A stretch of DNA of 56,477 bases from Eledone cirrhosa. Its lineage: Eukaryota. Under the pieces are notes generated by a model that saw nothing but the letters and a program-made list of their open reading frames with translations, was not told the origin of the DNA and did not search any database. The position numbers and the translations under genes are program-made. Position 1 is the first letter of the stretch; each line of letters begins with the position of its first letter. The DNA lies in contig CAXHJY010000951.1 in assembly GCA_964016885.1 (NCBI GenBank), positions 1-56,477 on the forward strand, given 5' to 3'. Positions 27,690-40,785 of this stretch are shown one piece after another.

Positions 27690-28208
27690 ACATATGCCGG
27701 CCGCCATCCACGCCATACTGCCCTCAACGAGGTCATTATGCATGGCTTGGACGATGCAGGCTTCCCTTCCCAGCTCGAGCCGGTGGGGCTGGATCGAGGG
27801 GACGGCAAAAGGCCAGATGGCATGACCATTTTCCCGTTCCGCGGTAGCAAACCCCTCGTCTGGGATGCCACTTGCACCGACACTTTCTGCAGCCGCAACC
27901 TGGTGCAGTCTGCGACTGACCCAGGTTCTGCTGCATGTCGGGCTGAGCGGGCCAAACTCCTCAAATACCGGTCGCTATGCGACAGGTTTGCAGTCGTTCC
28001 CCTGGCAGTAGAAACTTCTGGTGTCCTCGGCCCGAGGGCTACCTCCTTACTCACCACCATAGGCGCTGAGCTGGCCAGCCGTAGGTGTGAGGCCCGCGAG
28101 TTGGAGAGGCTTTTCCAGCGCGTCTCCCTTGCCGTCTTCCGGGGAAACGCCTTCTCCATTCTGTCCGCCGGGGCTGTGGGTGGGCCCCATCGCGTACCAT
28201 TACATTAG
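27690..28208 (+). pseudogene. 3' fragment of a CRE-like non-LTR retrotransposon (restriction-like endonuclease domain)
   Basis: RH.ALNEVI...EP.GL.R.DGKRPDG.T..P......L.WDATC.DT...AE..K..KY..L...P.AVETSGVLG. Markedly more GC-rich than its flanks. Confidence 0.8.
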
Positions 28209-28334
28209 TTAAATACCATTCTTTCATCTCATACATATATTTACTATAACTACATTGTTTCTTTGTCTGTGTTATACAAAACATTGAGGATTTCCAACTC
28301 TACAAATTTCTGACCATAAAACAGTCTTGCTTTC

Positions 28335-28529
28335 ACAGCCCTACATTTGCCAATCCCATTTACCTCTCTCCCCTATAGAATCTGCCTCTAGCTTACAACC
28401 CCATCGCCACCCCCATCTGAACTCTTGACCAGTCCATTAACACAACTGAGATATACACACATACATACAGAACAATTCCCTCTCCCTAAAAATAATTTTG
28501 TTCTGTGAAAAGACACAACTACCGCAACC

Positions 28530-28568
<39 letters not shown>

Positions 28569-29072
28569 GCTGCTGCTGCTACTGCTGCTACTACTCTGAC
28601 TACCTCTCTATATAAGATTCCATTTATTCCCAGTCTTCTTCTCACCAAGAAAGATGAATAGACCTGCTTCAACATTTAATTTTAAATTTGTTTAAATTTT
28701 GTTTAAATTTCTTTTCAATTCTTTTTAATTATAATTGTTTCTACTTTTGGTACAAGGCCAGCAAAAACACAGTGCATTACTGGTACTTTATTTTATCGAC
28801 CCCGTAAGGATGAAAGGCAAAGTCAACCTCGGCGGGATTTGAACTCAGATCGTAAAGGGACGTAACTATGCTGGAAAGCATGGCGTTCGACCCTCTACCG
28901 ATTCTGCCAATCCATTATAATATTCAACATTTGATAAGATGGATTACACTGATACATCGAAAGCGGTTATATTTGATATATTCTAAAAAAAATTGTTCCT
29001 CTCATTTTTTCAATAATGTCACTGAATGAATCAAAGAAGAAAAAAAGAAAGACAGATCCTTTAAATATATTT
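28335..29072 (+). mobile_element. PLE-type pseudo-LTR homologous to 12925-13490, interrupted by a SINE; U3-A8 HHR-like motif at 28925-28975
   Basis: Collinear inverted similarity to 12925-13490. Motif CAACAU-UUGAUAA-GAUG...CAUC-GAAA-GCGG-UU|AUAUUUG. Confidence 0.6.
28731..28914 (-). mobile_element. tRNA-derived SINE
   Basis: A box (TGGCAGAATCGG), B box (GAGTTCAAATCC) and the shared body and tail. Confidence 0.85.
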
Positions 29073-29530
29073 CCTTGCTGTTTCCAACTCGATAACCTCT
29101 GTTTTGTATTCACCCTTACTCCCTTTTCATATATATATATATATATACTCACGGCGTACGGTCTGCTTCTCTGACCGCTCATGAAATTCACCCAGTTTAT
29201 GCTGATCGGATAACTACCATGTGGCTTGCTGTTTTCCAACCTTCGGTTTGCTTTTCCTTCTGTTGTTTATTTGTCTCACTCGCTTTACGCGTTTCACTTG
29301 TCCCAATAGCTTATTTTAGTTATTGCTCGCACCAACCTGAGGTATCTGATTTTTAATGCGATGAAATACCAATGATGGTTGGCAAAATCACTGATGAGGG
29401 ACTAATTTTATAATATGTAATCCATGTGCAACCATGCAGTATTCTTCTTCCCCTTGTTTTTCATATATATATATATATATTTGTGTGTGTGTGTGTATAA
29501 ATGCATATATAAGTATAATATGTATGTATG

Positions 29531-29566
<36 letters not shown>

Positions 29567-29727
29567 TGTGTGTATGTGTCTGCGTGTGTCTGTGTATGTA
29601 TGTGTGTGTGTGTGTGTACATATGATAAATACTCATCTGTTGTCCCTATTCGACATTCGAGTTTATTATTAAGTTTTCTTATTTTCCTTCTACATTCTGA
29701 CCTAAGGGAAAACTGACGAATGATTAA

Positions 29728-31020
29728 TATGTATGTGTGTATGTTTGTGTGTTTGTGTGTATAGGTATATGTGTGTATGTTTGTGTGTTTGTGTGTATAG
29801 ATATATGTGTGTATGTGTGTATGTGTGTATGTTTGTGTGTTTGTGTGTATAGATATATGTGTGTATGTTTGTGTGTTTGTGTGTTTGTGTGTATAGATAT
29901 ATGTGTGTATGTTTGTGTGTTTGTGTGTATAGATATGTGTGTGTATGTGTGTATGTTTGTGTGTTTGTGTGTATAGATATATGTGTGTATGTGTGTATGT
30001 GTGTATGTTTGTGTGTATAGATATATGTGTGTATGTGTGTATGTTTGTGTGTTTGTGTGTATAGATGTATGTGTGTATGTTTGTATGTTTGTGTGTATAG
30101 ATATATGTGTGTATGTGTGTATGTTTGTGTGTTTGTGTGTATAGATATATGTGTGTTTGTGTGTTTGTGTGTATAGATATATGTGTGTATGTGTGTATGT
30201 TTGTGTGTTTGTGTGTATAGATATATGTGTGTATGTGTGTATGTTTGTGTGTTTGTGTGTATAGATATATGTGTGTATGTGTGTATGTTTGTGTGTTTGT
30301 GTGTATAGATATATGTGTGTATGTGTGTATGTTTGTGTGTATAGATATATGTGTGTATGTTTGTGTGTTTGTGTGTATAGATATATGTGTGTATGTTTGT
30401 GTGTTTGTGTGTATAGATATATGTGTGTATGTGTGTATGTTTGTGTGTTTGTGTGTATAGATATATGTGTGTATGTTTGTGTGTTTGTGTGTATAGATAT
30501 ATGTGTGTATGTGTGTATGTTTGTGTGTTTGTGTGTATAGATATATGTGTGTATGTGTGTATGTTTGTATGTTTGTGTATACAGATGTCTGTGTGTTTGT
30601 GTGTATAGATATATGTGTGTATGTTCGTATGTCTGTGTGTGTTTGTGTGTATAGATATATTTGTGTTTGTGTGTATATAGATATATGTGTGTATGTTTGT
30701 ATGTATGTGTGTATGTCTCTGTGTATATGTGTGTATGTGTGTATGTCTCTCTATATATACGTATATGTGTGTATGTGTATAGATATATGTGTGTGTGTAT
30801 ATGTGTGTATATAGATATATGTGTGTATGTTTGTATGTGTGTGTATGCTTGTCTAAGTATATATATATATATGTGTGTAAAAGTGTGGCCATGTATGAAT
30901 GTGTATGCGTGTATGTGTGCATGAGTGTATGAATGTGTATGTATATGTGCGTGTGTACATGTATGTATGTGTGTATGTGTGTATGTATGTATTTATATAT
31001 GTGTTTATGTGTGTATATGT
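29728..31020. repeat. Complex TG-rich minisatellite (gtgtatagatatatgtgtgtatgtttgtgtgttt-type units, about 26-42 bp)
   Basis: Seen directly in sequence. The HT/CV ORFs are artefacts. Confidence 0.9.
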
Positions 31021-31109
31021 CCATGATTCGCTTTCCACCAACCATCCATGAGATCACGTGATCACGTGATCATCTTAAACATGGGAGAGCTGCTGTGTTG
31101 GTTTCACAT

Positions 31110-31580
31110 GTGGAGGGAGGAGGAAGGAGAACAGGAAGAGGAGGGGAGTGGAAAGAGGAAGAGTGAGGGGTGGAATAGTAGAAGGGGAGGAAGAGGAAGA
31201 GTAGAAGGGGGAGAGGAACAGGAAGAGTGGGAGGGGGAGAGGAACAGGAAGAGTAGAAGGGGGAGAGGAACAGGAAGAATAGCAGGAGGAGAGGAAGAGG
31301 AATAGTAGGAGGGTGAGAGGGACAGGAAGTGTAGAAGGGTGAGAGGAAGAGGAAGAATAGAAGGGTGAGAGGGACAGGAAGAGTAGAAGGATGAGAGGAA
31401 GAGGAGGAGTAGAAGGGGAAGAGGAATAGGAAGAGTAGAAGGGGGAGAGGAACAGGAAGCGTGGGAGGGGGAGTGGAAGAGGAAGAGTGAGAGGAGTGGA
31501 ACAGTAGGAGAGATGAGGAAGAGGGGAATAGTAGGAGTAAGGAGGAAGAGGAAGATAAGAGTAGAAGGAAGGGGAAGTAA
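31110..31580. repeat. Polypurine (GA-rich) degenerate tandem repeat
   Basis: Recurrent gagtagaagggggagaggaacaggaa-like units. Confidence 0.8.
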
Positions 31581-31620
31581 CCTAGGAGGCTAAGATGAAA
31601 TGACAGTCATTACAACCCCG

Positions 31621-32016
31621 AAGGTGGATTGGCAGTATCGGTAGAGGGTCGGACGCCATGCTTTCCAGCATAGTTACGTCCCTTTACGATCTGAGTTCAA
31701 ATCCCACCGAGGTTGACTTTGCCTTTCATCCTTACGGGGGTCGATAAAATAAAGTACCAGTAATGCACTGGGGGTAATTGCTGGCCTTGTGCCTAAAGTA
31801 GAAACAATTATTTACAGTATAAGGGCGGTGGATTGACAGTATCGGTAGACGGTCGGACGCCATGGTTTGCAGCATAGAGTTACGGCCCTTTATGGTCTGA
31901 GTTCAAATCCAGCCGAGGTTACCTTTGCCTTTCATCCTTACGGGGTCGATACAAAATAAAGTACCAGTAATACACTGGGTATTTGCTGGCCTTGTGCCAA
32001 ATGTAGAAACAATTAT
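31621..32016 (+). mobile_element. Two tandem tRNA-derived SINE copies (31621-31810, 31822-32016)
   Basis: Each has ggtggattg(g/a)cagtatcggtaga (A box), tgagttcaaatcc (B box) and the tail gctggccttgtgcc..gtagaaacaatta. Confidence 0.88.
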
Positions 32017-32216
32017 TTACAGTATATGTTCGGGCTCTGTACGTCTTGAGTTCCAACCCTGTTGAGGTCCAGTCCTCTACTGGTATCTATTCCTCCTCAA
32101 CCTCTCTCTCTATACCTCACCCACTCACCCAACCTATCCCTCTCGCTTTCTCTCCTTCTCTCTCTCACATACACACACTCTCTCTCTCTCTCTCTCACAC
32201 ACACTCTCTCTCTCAA

Positions 32217-32470
32217 ATGTTAGCAGAAGATATACTAGTGCAGGGAGGGAGTAAAACAACTGGAATGGCAATAGTAGCAGAAGATATACTAGTGCGAGGG
32301 GGGGGGGGGAGTAAATCAACTGGAATGTCAAGTCAATGTTAGCAGAAGATACTTTAGAGGTGAGGGGAGTATGTAAGTCACATGGAATGTCCTATAAATG
32401 TCAGCTAAAGATACTTTAGTAAGCTATGAAAACAGAAGGGAGGGGAGGATGTAAGCTACATAGAATGTCC
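32217..32470. repeat. Short diverged tandem repeat (about 4 units of about 55-70 bp)
   Basis: Recurrent agcagaagatata/actt...gggagta...ggaatgtc. Confidence 0.6.
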
Positions 32471-33591
32471 TACCCTTTCCAGAAAGAAAACAAAATTCTG
32501 TGAAGTGATATTTTGAAATTCTGACAAAGAAATGGTAGTCACGTGGTATCCACTTGAACATTTCAAGTGGATACCACGTGATATAACATTATTTCATTGA
32601 AATCTTGAATGATATTCTAATAAATTACTAATAAGAATTTACACGACCTCCCTCTAAGTAAAGAAATCGATTTTCTAATTAGTAAAATGTATTATTTGGC
32701 TGTAATTGTATTTCTAACTAGAAGAAAGGTTAGTAGAATAGATCGTATTGTTGTTATTAGATGACTAGATTAATAGATTAAATAGATTATTGTTGACGTA
32801 TACAATAATGAAAGTAGTTTTTAAAAAGATTAAAATAATAAACAGGAAGAGAGACAACATAGAAAAGATTAAATAAAGGAAGGAGAGGGGGAGAAACTCC
32901 ACACTTCTGTCTTGGTTGTATATTTCTAACTGTACCCCTGCAGTCAATATAGTGTAAACATTGTCGTGAAAAACAGCCAGTGATGCCTCTGCTACATCAG
33001 CCATTCCACCTAAGGGTACCCCTTCTTCTTCAGTGCCCTTGACGAGATAACTCATCCTAACATCTCTGAATTCTAGTGTCACGGACGAGATAACTTTCCC
33101 TAACATGTTTGAACTCGTTTCCAACAGTTCATATCTTCAAAGTTATGAACTCGTTTGCAACAGGTCATAACTTCAAAGCTCAATGGGGATACTAGGTTAC
33201 TTATGTGACGTTTGTCAATCAAAATAGTCATTTTACAGAGAGAAAAAATACCAACACAGCAACTGTAGCTGTGTAAAATATACGCGGCAGTCAACAGGTT
33301 AAGCAGGATACACTTCTTTCTTTTTTACCGAGAGGAACAGCAGGAGAGTGATCTCAGAAAAGAGATTCATAGGAGTGTGGTATTACACAGATAATGTACT
33401 AATATATTAATGGTTCCCATTCTACCTACCCTTGCAGGATAAAACCGGAAGTTATAACTAATGAGAGAAACCATAAACAACTAAATATATCTAGACCAGT
33501 TTCACACTATTTCTGCTCATTTATTCACCTGAGATATAGCGATGAGATATAGCAATACACGTTTGTTTTTTACATTATATATTGGGTAATA

Positions 33592-33800
33592 AGGCGGTTG
33601 ATTGGTAGTAGAATCTGTAGAACACAGGACGCCATGCTTTCCAGCATAGAGTTACGGTCCTTTATGGTCTGAGTTCAAATCCCACCAAGGTTAGCCTTGC
33701 CTTTCATCGTCTCAGGTTCAATAAAATAAAGTACCAGTAATGCACTAGGGTCGATTTAATCGACTTTCCCCTCCCCCAAAATTGTTGTCGTGCATAAAAC
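33592..33800 (+). mobile_element. tRNA-derived SINE (variant retaining gggtcgatttaatcgac...cctcccc)
   Basis: B box gagttcaaatccc and shared body. Confidence 0.8.
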
Positions 33801-33959
33801 CGAAAATATTATATTGGGTATATATATAAATGTGTTTATGTATATATTTGTCGGATAACACCCATCTGATGCAGCACACAAACACGTATATAGAAAATAC
33901 CACACACACACAAATTACGATATATCGCTTAGTTGCTTGTAAAAATTATCATAGAAACA

Positions 33960-34204
33960 CAACGGGAGGAAACACACCAATGAAGATGTCACAGGGAAAA
34001 TGTGTGACGAAAGAACTTTGAGAAATTATATTTATATTCATATATTTCACTGTTGATCAATCAATGATAAACATTGATTGCCAGCTAAATTATTTATAGA
34101 AATATAAAAATTATACTGAAACTGGGGCAGAAACCAAACTGAGTGTGTTTTACTATATATTTCTGGCAATATTAGCACAACATGACCCTCCCCAAATATA
34201 ACAA
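33960..34204 (+). mobile_element. Diverged PLE pseudo-LTR fragment
   Basis: HHR remnant tgaagatgtcaca...tgtgacgaaagaac and terminus atgaccctccccaaatataacaa, as at 1273-1471 and 23171-23419. Confidence 0.7.
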
Positions 34205-34343
34205 AGTCTATGATATTTTGTGAGAGTGGGTCAATATGGCTTAATAAACATTGATCTAAACATAAGTAAGATAATGTGTATATCATTTTACATTCCTTCA
34301 ATTAATACAATCTGTACACTGATAGATTGACATATACAATCAT

Positions 34344-34520
34344 AGTATCGGTAGAGGGTCGGACGCCATGCTTTGAAGCAGAGAGTTACCTCCTTTATGA
34401 TCTGAGTTCAAATCCCACCGAGGTTAACTTTGCCTTTCATCCTTACGGGGTCAATAAAATAAAGTACCAGTAATGCACTGGAATAATTGCTGGCCTTGTG
34501 CCAAAAGTAGAAACAATTAT
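34344..34520 (+). mobile_element. tRNA-derived SINE
   Basis: Shared SINE consensus. Confidence 0.85.
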
Positions 34521-34589
34521 TGTATCTGTATACTCCTAAGACCCTTCAGAGGAACCTCCGAAGGGTCTTAGAAGTAATGTTACTCGATA

Positions 34590-37500
34590 CGATAAAGTGC
34601 GTAGCCTGGAGATCAGAGAGTCGCTCCAGGTAGAGCCGCTACCTCTCTGAATTGAGAGATCATAGCTCCGATACTTCAGACATCTGGTGAGAATGTCCCA
34701 GGAAAGAATCTCCGAATTGATGAGAGATCAAAGCTCCGATACTATGGCCATGAGATTAGAATGTCCCAAGAAAGAATCTCCGAATTGATGAGAGATCAAA
34801 TCTCCGATACTATGGCTATGAGATTAGAATGTCCCAGGAAAGAATCGCCGAATTGATGAGAGATCAAAGCTCCGATACTATGTCCATGAGATTAGAATGT
34901 CTCGGGTAAGAATCTCCGAATTGATGAGAGATCAAATCTCCGATACTATGGCCATGAGATTAGAATGTCTCGGGTAAGAATCTCCGAATTGATGAGAGAT
35001 CAAATCTCCGATACTATGGCCATGAGATTAGAATGTCCCAGGAAAGAATCTCCGAATTGATGAGAGATCAAATCTCCGATACTATGGCCATGAGATTAGA
35101 ATGTCCCAAGAAAGAATCTCCGAATTGATGAGAGATCAAATCTCCGATACTATGGCCATGAGATTAGAATGTCCCAAGAAAGAATCTCCGAATTGATGAG
35201 AGATCAAATCTCCGATACTATGGCTATGAGATTAGAATGTCCCAGGAAAGAATCGCCGAATTGATGAGAGATCAAAGCTCCGATACTATGTCCATGAGAT
35301 TAGAATGTCTCGGGTAAGAATCTCCGAATTGATGAGAGATCAAATCTCCGATACTATGGCCATGAGATTAGAATGTCTCGGGTAAGAATCTCCGAATTGA
35401 TGAGAGATCAAATCTCCGATACTATGGCCATGAGATTAGAATGTCCCAAGAAAGAATCTCCGAATTGATGAGAGATCAAATCTCCGATACTATGGCCATG
35501 AGATTAGAATGTCCCAAGAAAGAATCTCCGAATTGATGAGAGATCAAATCTCCGATACTATGGCTATGAGATTAGAATGTCCCAGGAAAGAATCGCCGAA
35601 TTGATGAGAGATCAAAGCTCCGATACTATGTCCATGAGATTAGAATGTCTCGGGTAAGAATCTCCGAATTGATGAGAGATCAAATCTCCGATACTATGGC
35701 CATGAGATTAGAATGTCTCGGGTAAGAATCTCCGAATTGATGAGAGATCAAATCTCCGATACTATGGCCATGAGATTAGAATGTCCCAGGAAAGAATCTC
35801 CGAATTGATGAGAGATCAAATCTCCGATACTATGGCCATGAGATTAGAATGTCCCAAGAAAGAATCTCCGAATTGATGAGAGATCAAATCTCCGATACTA
35901 TGGCCATGAGATTAGAATGTCCCAAGAAAGAATCTCCGAATTGATGAGAGATCAAATCTCCGATACTATGGCTATGAGATTAGAATGTCCCAGGAAAGAA
36001 TCGCCGAATTGATGAGAGATCAAAGCTCCGATACTATGTCCATGAGATTAGAATGTCTCGGGTAAGAATCTCCGAATTGATGAGAGATCAAATCTCCGAT
36101 ACTATGGCCATGAGATTAGAATGTCTCGGGTAAGAATCTCCGAATTGATGAGAGATCAAATCTCCGATACTATGGCCATGAGATTAGAATGTCCCAGGAA
36201 AGAATCTCCGAATTGATGAGAGATCAAATCTCCGATACTATGGCCATGAGATTAGAATGTCCCAAGAAAGAATCTCCGAATTGATGAGAGATCAAATCTC
36301 CGATACTATGGCTATGAGATTAGAATGTCCCAGGAAAGAATCGCCGAATTGATGAGAGATCAAAGCTCCGATACTATGTCCATGAGATTAGAATGTCTCG
36401 GGTAAGAATCTCCGAATTGATGAGAGATCAAATCTCCGATACTATGGCCATGAGATTAGAATGTCTCGGGTAAGAATCTCCGAATTGATGAGAGATCAAA
36501 TCTCCGATACTATGGCCATGAGATTAGAATGTCCCAGGAAAGAATCTCCGAATTGATGAGAGATCAAATCTCCGATACTATGGCCATGAGATTAGAATGT
36601 CCCAAGAAAGAATCTCCGAATTGATGAGAGATCAAATCTCCGATACTATGGCTATGAGATTAGAATGTCCCAGGAAAGAATCGCCGAATTGATGAGAGAT
36701 CAAAGCTCCGATACTATGTCCATGAGATTAGAATGTCTCGGGTAAGAATCTCCGAATTGATGAGAGATCAAATCTCCGATACTATGGCCATGAGATTAGA
36801 ATGTCTCGGGTAAGAATCTCCGAATTGATGAGAGATCAAATCTCCGTTACTATGGCCATGAGATTAGAATGTCCCAGGAAAGAATCTCCGAATTGATGAG
36901 AGATCAAATCTCCGATACTATGGCCATTAGATTAGAATGTCCCAGGAAAGAATCTCCGAATTGATGAGAGATCAAATCTCCGATACTATGGCCATGAGAT
37001 TAGAATGTCCCAAGAAAGAATCTCCGAATTGATGAGAGATCAAATCTCCGATACTATGGCTATGAGATTAGAATGTCCCAGGAAAGAATCGCCGAATTGA
37101 TGAGAGATCAAAGCTCCGATACTATGTCCATGAGATTAGAATGTCTCGGGTAAGAATCTCCGAATTGATGAGAGATCAAATCTCCGATACTATGGCCATG
37201 AGATTAGAATGTCTCGGGTAAGAATCTCCGAATTGATGAGAGATCAAAGCTCCGATACTATGGCCATGAGATTAGAATGTCCCAGGAAAGAATCTCCGAA
37301 TTGATGAGAGATCAAATCTCCGATACTATGGCCATTAGATTAGAATGTCCCAGGAAAGAATCTCCGAATTGATGAGAGATCAAATCTCCGATACTATGGC
37401 CATGAGATTAGAATGTCTCGGGAAAGAATCGCTGGTAAAACCAACTTGCAAGAGATCCATGGGAAGATCTGGAGCAGAATTGTTGGAGAACATCCATGAG

Positions 37501-37635
37501 CTTGGCTGGTCCCACTTGGAGATCCAGCCGGAGCAGTTGGAGACGGTTGCTTCTGACAGGACACGTTGGAAGGAGTATTTGAGGACACTATCCCCACGAC
37601 CCTCTCAAGAATAAGTGAGCGAAGAAGAAGAAGAA
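34590..37635 (+). mobile_element. 3' fragment of an RTE-clade LINE split by a satellite expansion
   Basis: Before the array: DKVRSLEIRESLQVEPL..IERS.LRYFRHLVRMSQERI. After it: LGWSHLEIQPEQLETVASDRTRWKEYLRTLSPRPSQE* and a (GAA)n tail. Confidence 0.78.
34706..37430. repeat. 68-bp satellite, 40 units, with 5-6-mer higher-order structure
   Basis: Unit gaatctccgaattgatgagagatcaaatctccgatactatggccatgagattagaatgtcccaggaaa. From 34706 to 37426 is exactly 40 x 68 bp. Confidence 0.95.
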
Positions 37636-38330
37636 ATTAATTTGATCCACAGCCAGTAGCTAGACTTCTTTTATAAATGAAACACAGAAATATTTATTCC
37701 AAAATAATATAGCTGATGCTGGTCTTTAACAAATTAGTATCCTAACATGCTGTGCTCAAATGTATAGAAATATACAACAAATACTGCTGACGAAGTTTGT
37801 AAAGGACGCCAAAAGTTAGACGATATAAACTACCACCAATGGTCAACATCTATAATACGATTAATCCTTAAAGATTCTATGAATTTGGCATGAATCAATA
37901 GGCATATCTAGTGAAAAGATCCGGCAATCAGTTCTGATCAAAAGAGAAGAATTGGAAGGAAAATAACATTTCACTAACAGCTATGGATGTAAGATACACT
38001 TAATGTCCAGAGAGAACTTTAATACTATCAGCACATTTAAACAATGAAACATGGTGTGTGTGGGGTGTAGGTGTGCATGTGTTGATGTGTGTGTTTGTGT
38101 TTGTCTGTTAATGTGTGAGTGTGTATGTGTGTGTGTGTGTGTGCAATTGTGTGTATGTGTGTGTGTGTGTGCAATTGTGTGAACATCTATGTGTGTGTAT
38201 GTCTTTATGTTTGTGTTTGTGTATGTGTGTGAAAGTATGTGAGCATTTATGTGTGTGTGTATGTGTGGTGTATGTGTGGTGTATGTGTGTATGTGTGTAT
38301 GTGCGTATATGTTGATGTGTTTGTGTGTGT

Positions 38331-38362
<32 letters not shown>

Positions 38363-38522
38363 TTGTAGTTGTGGATGTGAGTGTGTTTGTGTTTGTGTGT
38401 GTATATGTGTGAGTGTGTAAGTGTGTGTAGGTGTGTGCAAGTGTGAACATGTAAGTGTGTAAGTGTGTGCGTATGAGTGTGTATGACTATGTGGGTATAT
38501 GTGCGGGATTGTGTGTGTGTGT

Positions 38523-38582
<60 letters not shown>

Positions 38583-38747
38583 GTTTGTTTCCGTGTATTA
38601 CCGGCATGGGCGTTTGGTAAGGAGTTCGCTTCCCAAAGTTTAGGTCCCGGCTAGAAATAAATTTAAAATTAAGAGAGATAATACATACATACATACATAC
38701 ATACATACATACATACATACATACATACATACATACATACTTACATA

Positions 38748-40750
38748 CATCTACGGACCATTGATGAGGAGTTTGCAGATCCAGTATTCAAGATACACTT
38801 TCAGCTGCATAATTGCTGGCCTTGTGCCTAACGTAGAAACAATTATTTGAACTATAGGTTATATACCAACCCACTTGGGCCAAAGTATGACTGAACTTGG
38901 ATTTGCGGACAAAAAGCACAGCTCCCTAATTCATAGTCTACAAATGGCTGCGATAGCTGGCACCTTCAAAATTTGCAAAGCATTCTTGCGATTCAAGGGA
39001 TGACAATATCTTTTGTTTTACAACCTTTCTACCAGGAAGGTGGTCGGTCAAAAATGTATATATACGTACATACATACATACATCTATTGAGCAAGTCTGT
39101 CTGCATGAGGCAGATGAGATTGTGACAGTTGGGAAGGAATTCCTTGAAAGATACTCCCTGATAATCAAAAGCTTACCCAGGGAAATTGCCCAGCAATACC
39201 GCAGCGAATCCATGGATGAAAAACTGCATGCTTATCAACAAAAAAAATCATGCATGGATATGTTGCCAGGATGCTCCAGAGTAAGAGTAATATAGATAAA
39301 CAAAGTAGTCTATCTTGGACCAACAACCGCTATATTAGCTCCCACTTTGAAGGATAAGCTTTTGCAGCCCAAGAACAGGAAATCAACACAAAATACCTGA
39401 TTCACAAAAGAGATAGGGATGCAGGCAAAACACTTAGATGTGACAACAAATGCAGACTCTACAGAACTAACATCGAAGATGTCACACATGTCATAAGGAG
39501 GTGGCCAAAGATGTCATCACGGTACTATCTACCTATGAGGCATGATGTAGTGGCCAAAACACTGTACAATGCAATCCGTAGAAAAGATAGTCCCGATAAT
39601 AAACACATTAAAAGCTACAACAATGTGGAAGACATACATATACATAATATGAAAGAGTACTGGTGGAATGTTCCAGTAAAAACCCCAATAAAATGCAAGC
39701 ATAACAGACCAGATATTATGATATGGGACAGGGAAAAAAATACATGCACAGTAGTGGAAATTAGCTGCCCAGCAGATGCCAATATAATATTAAAGATTAG
39801 CGAAAAACAGAATATCTCTGCAGAACTAATGAGGAATCTGCAGATACTACACCCTGACTATACCTTCAGATTTATACCTGTGATTATATGGGGCACTGGG
39901 ATATGTTAGTAACTGCCTTAATACAAATCTTGAGAAGCTGGGCTTCACAGGAACAGAAAGAACACAACTAGTTAGAAAATTACAAGTACAATCCATTAAT
40001 GGAACATATGTAAAAATATTTAAAATATTCCAAAAACTTTGCATCTAATAACTGCATATACACATGTACAGATACAAAGTATATACACATGCACAGATAT
40101 AACTCAAAACATCCACATCCACACATACAATAACATCCATATCTACACATACAGACATGCATACATAATCTACCTAGTTGATGTTGTGTAAATTCCAATG
40201 AGAAAGTCTTGTGTCTATGTCAGAAACAGACTCTCTCTCTATTGGGAAAAACATGTGTGAAATTATAAAACCAGAATACATACATACATACATACATACA
40301 TACATACATACATACATACATACATACATACATACATACATACATACATACATTTGGGACCACACATTGAAAACGTGTTCTGTTGTGGAAATCAGCTGCC
40401 CACTTGATGTAAACGTTGTCAGAAAAATACAGGAGAAGGAGGACATCTACGGACCATTGATGAGGAGTTTACAAATCCAGTATCCAAGATACACCTTTAG
40501 CTTCATACCCATCATTATTGGAGCTACGGGTTATATACCAACCCGCTTGGACCAAAGTATGACTGAACTTGGAATGGCGGACAAAAAACGCAGCTCCCTA
40601 ATTCAGTCTACAAATGGCTGCGATAGCTGGCACCTTCAAAATTTGCAAAACATTCTTGCGATTCAAGAGATGACAATATATTTTCTTTTACAACCGTGCC
40701 ACCAGGAAGGTGGCCAGTCAAAAAAATATACTCGAAATTAAGAGAAAGAG
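38748..40750 (+). mobile_element. Cluster of 3' fragments of R4-like (RLE-bearing) non-LTR retrotransposons (38748-39060, 39083-40030, 40352-40750)
   Basis: Motifs CRL..EDVTHV, MRHDVVAK, WWN, HNRPDIMIWD, VVEISCP.D.N and IPVII. 38748-39060 duplicates about 40444-40730. Each piece follows a (CATA)n run. Confidence 0.8.
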
Positions 40751-40785
40751 ACAACATACATATATGCATACTGACATACATATAT

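Noticed and set aside
29391-29440. CTGATGAG hammerhead box (also CTGATGA near 42885)
   Set aside because: No properly placed GAAA or supporting stems.
32765-33124. 119-aa ORF as a host exon
   Set aside because: No recognisable domain, no convincing splice sites and no partner exons. A homology search would be needed.
34706-37430. Possible CRISPR array
   Set aside because: No unique spacers. The units are contiguous 68-bp monomers derived from a LINE, in a eukaryotic context with no cas genes.
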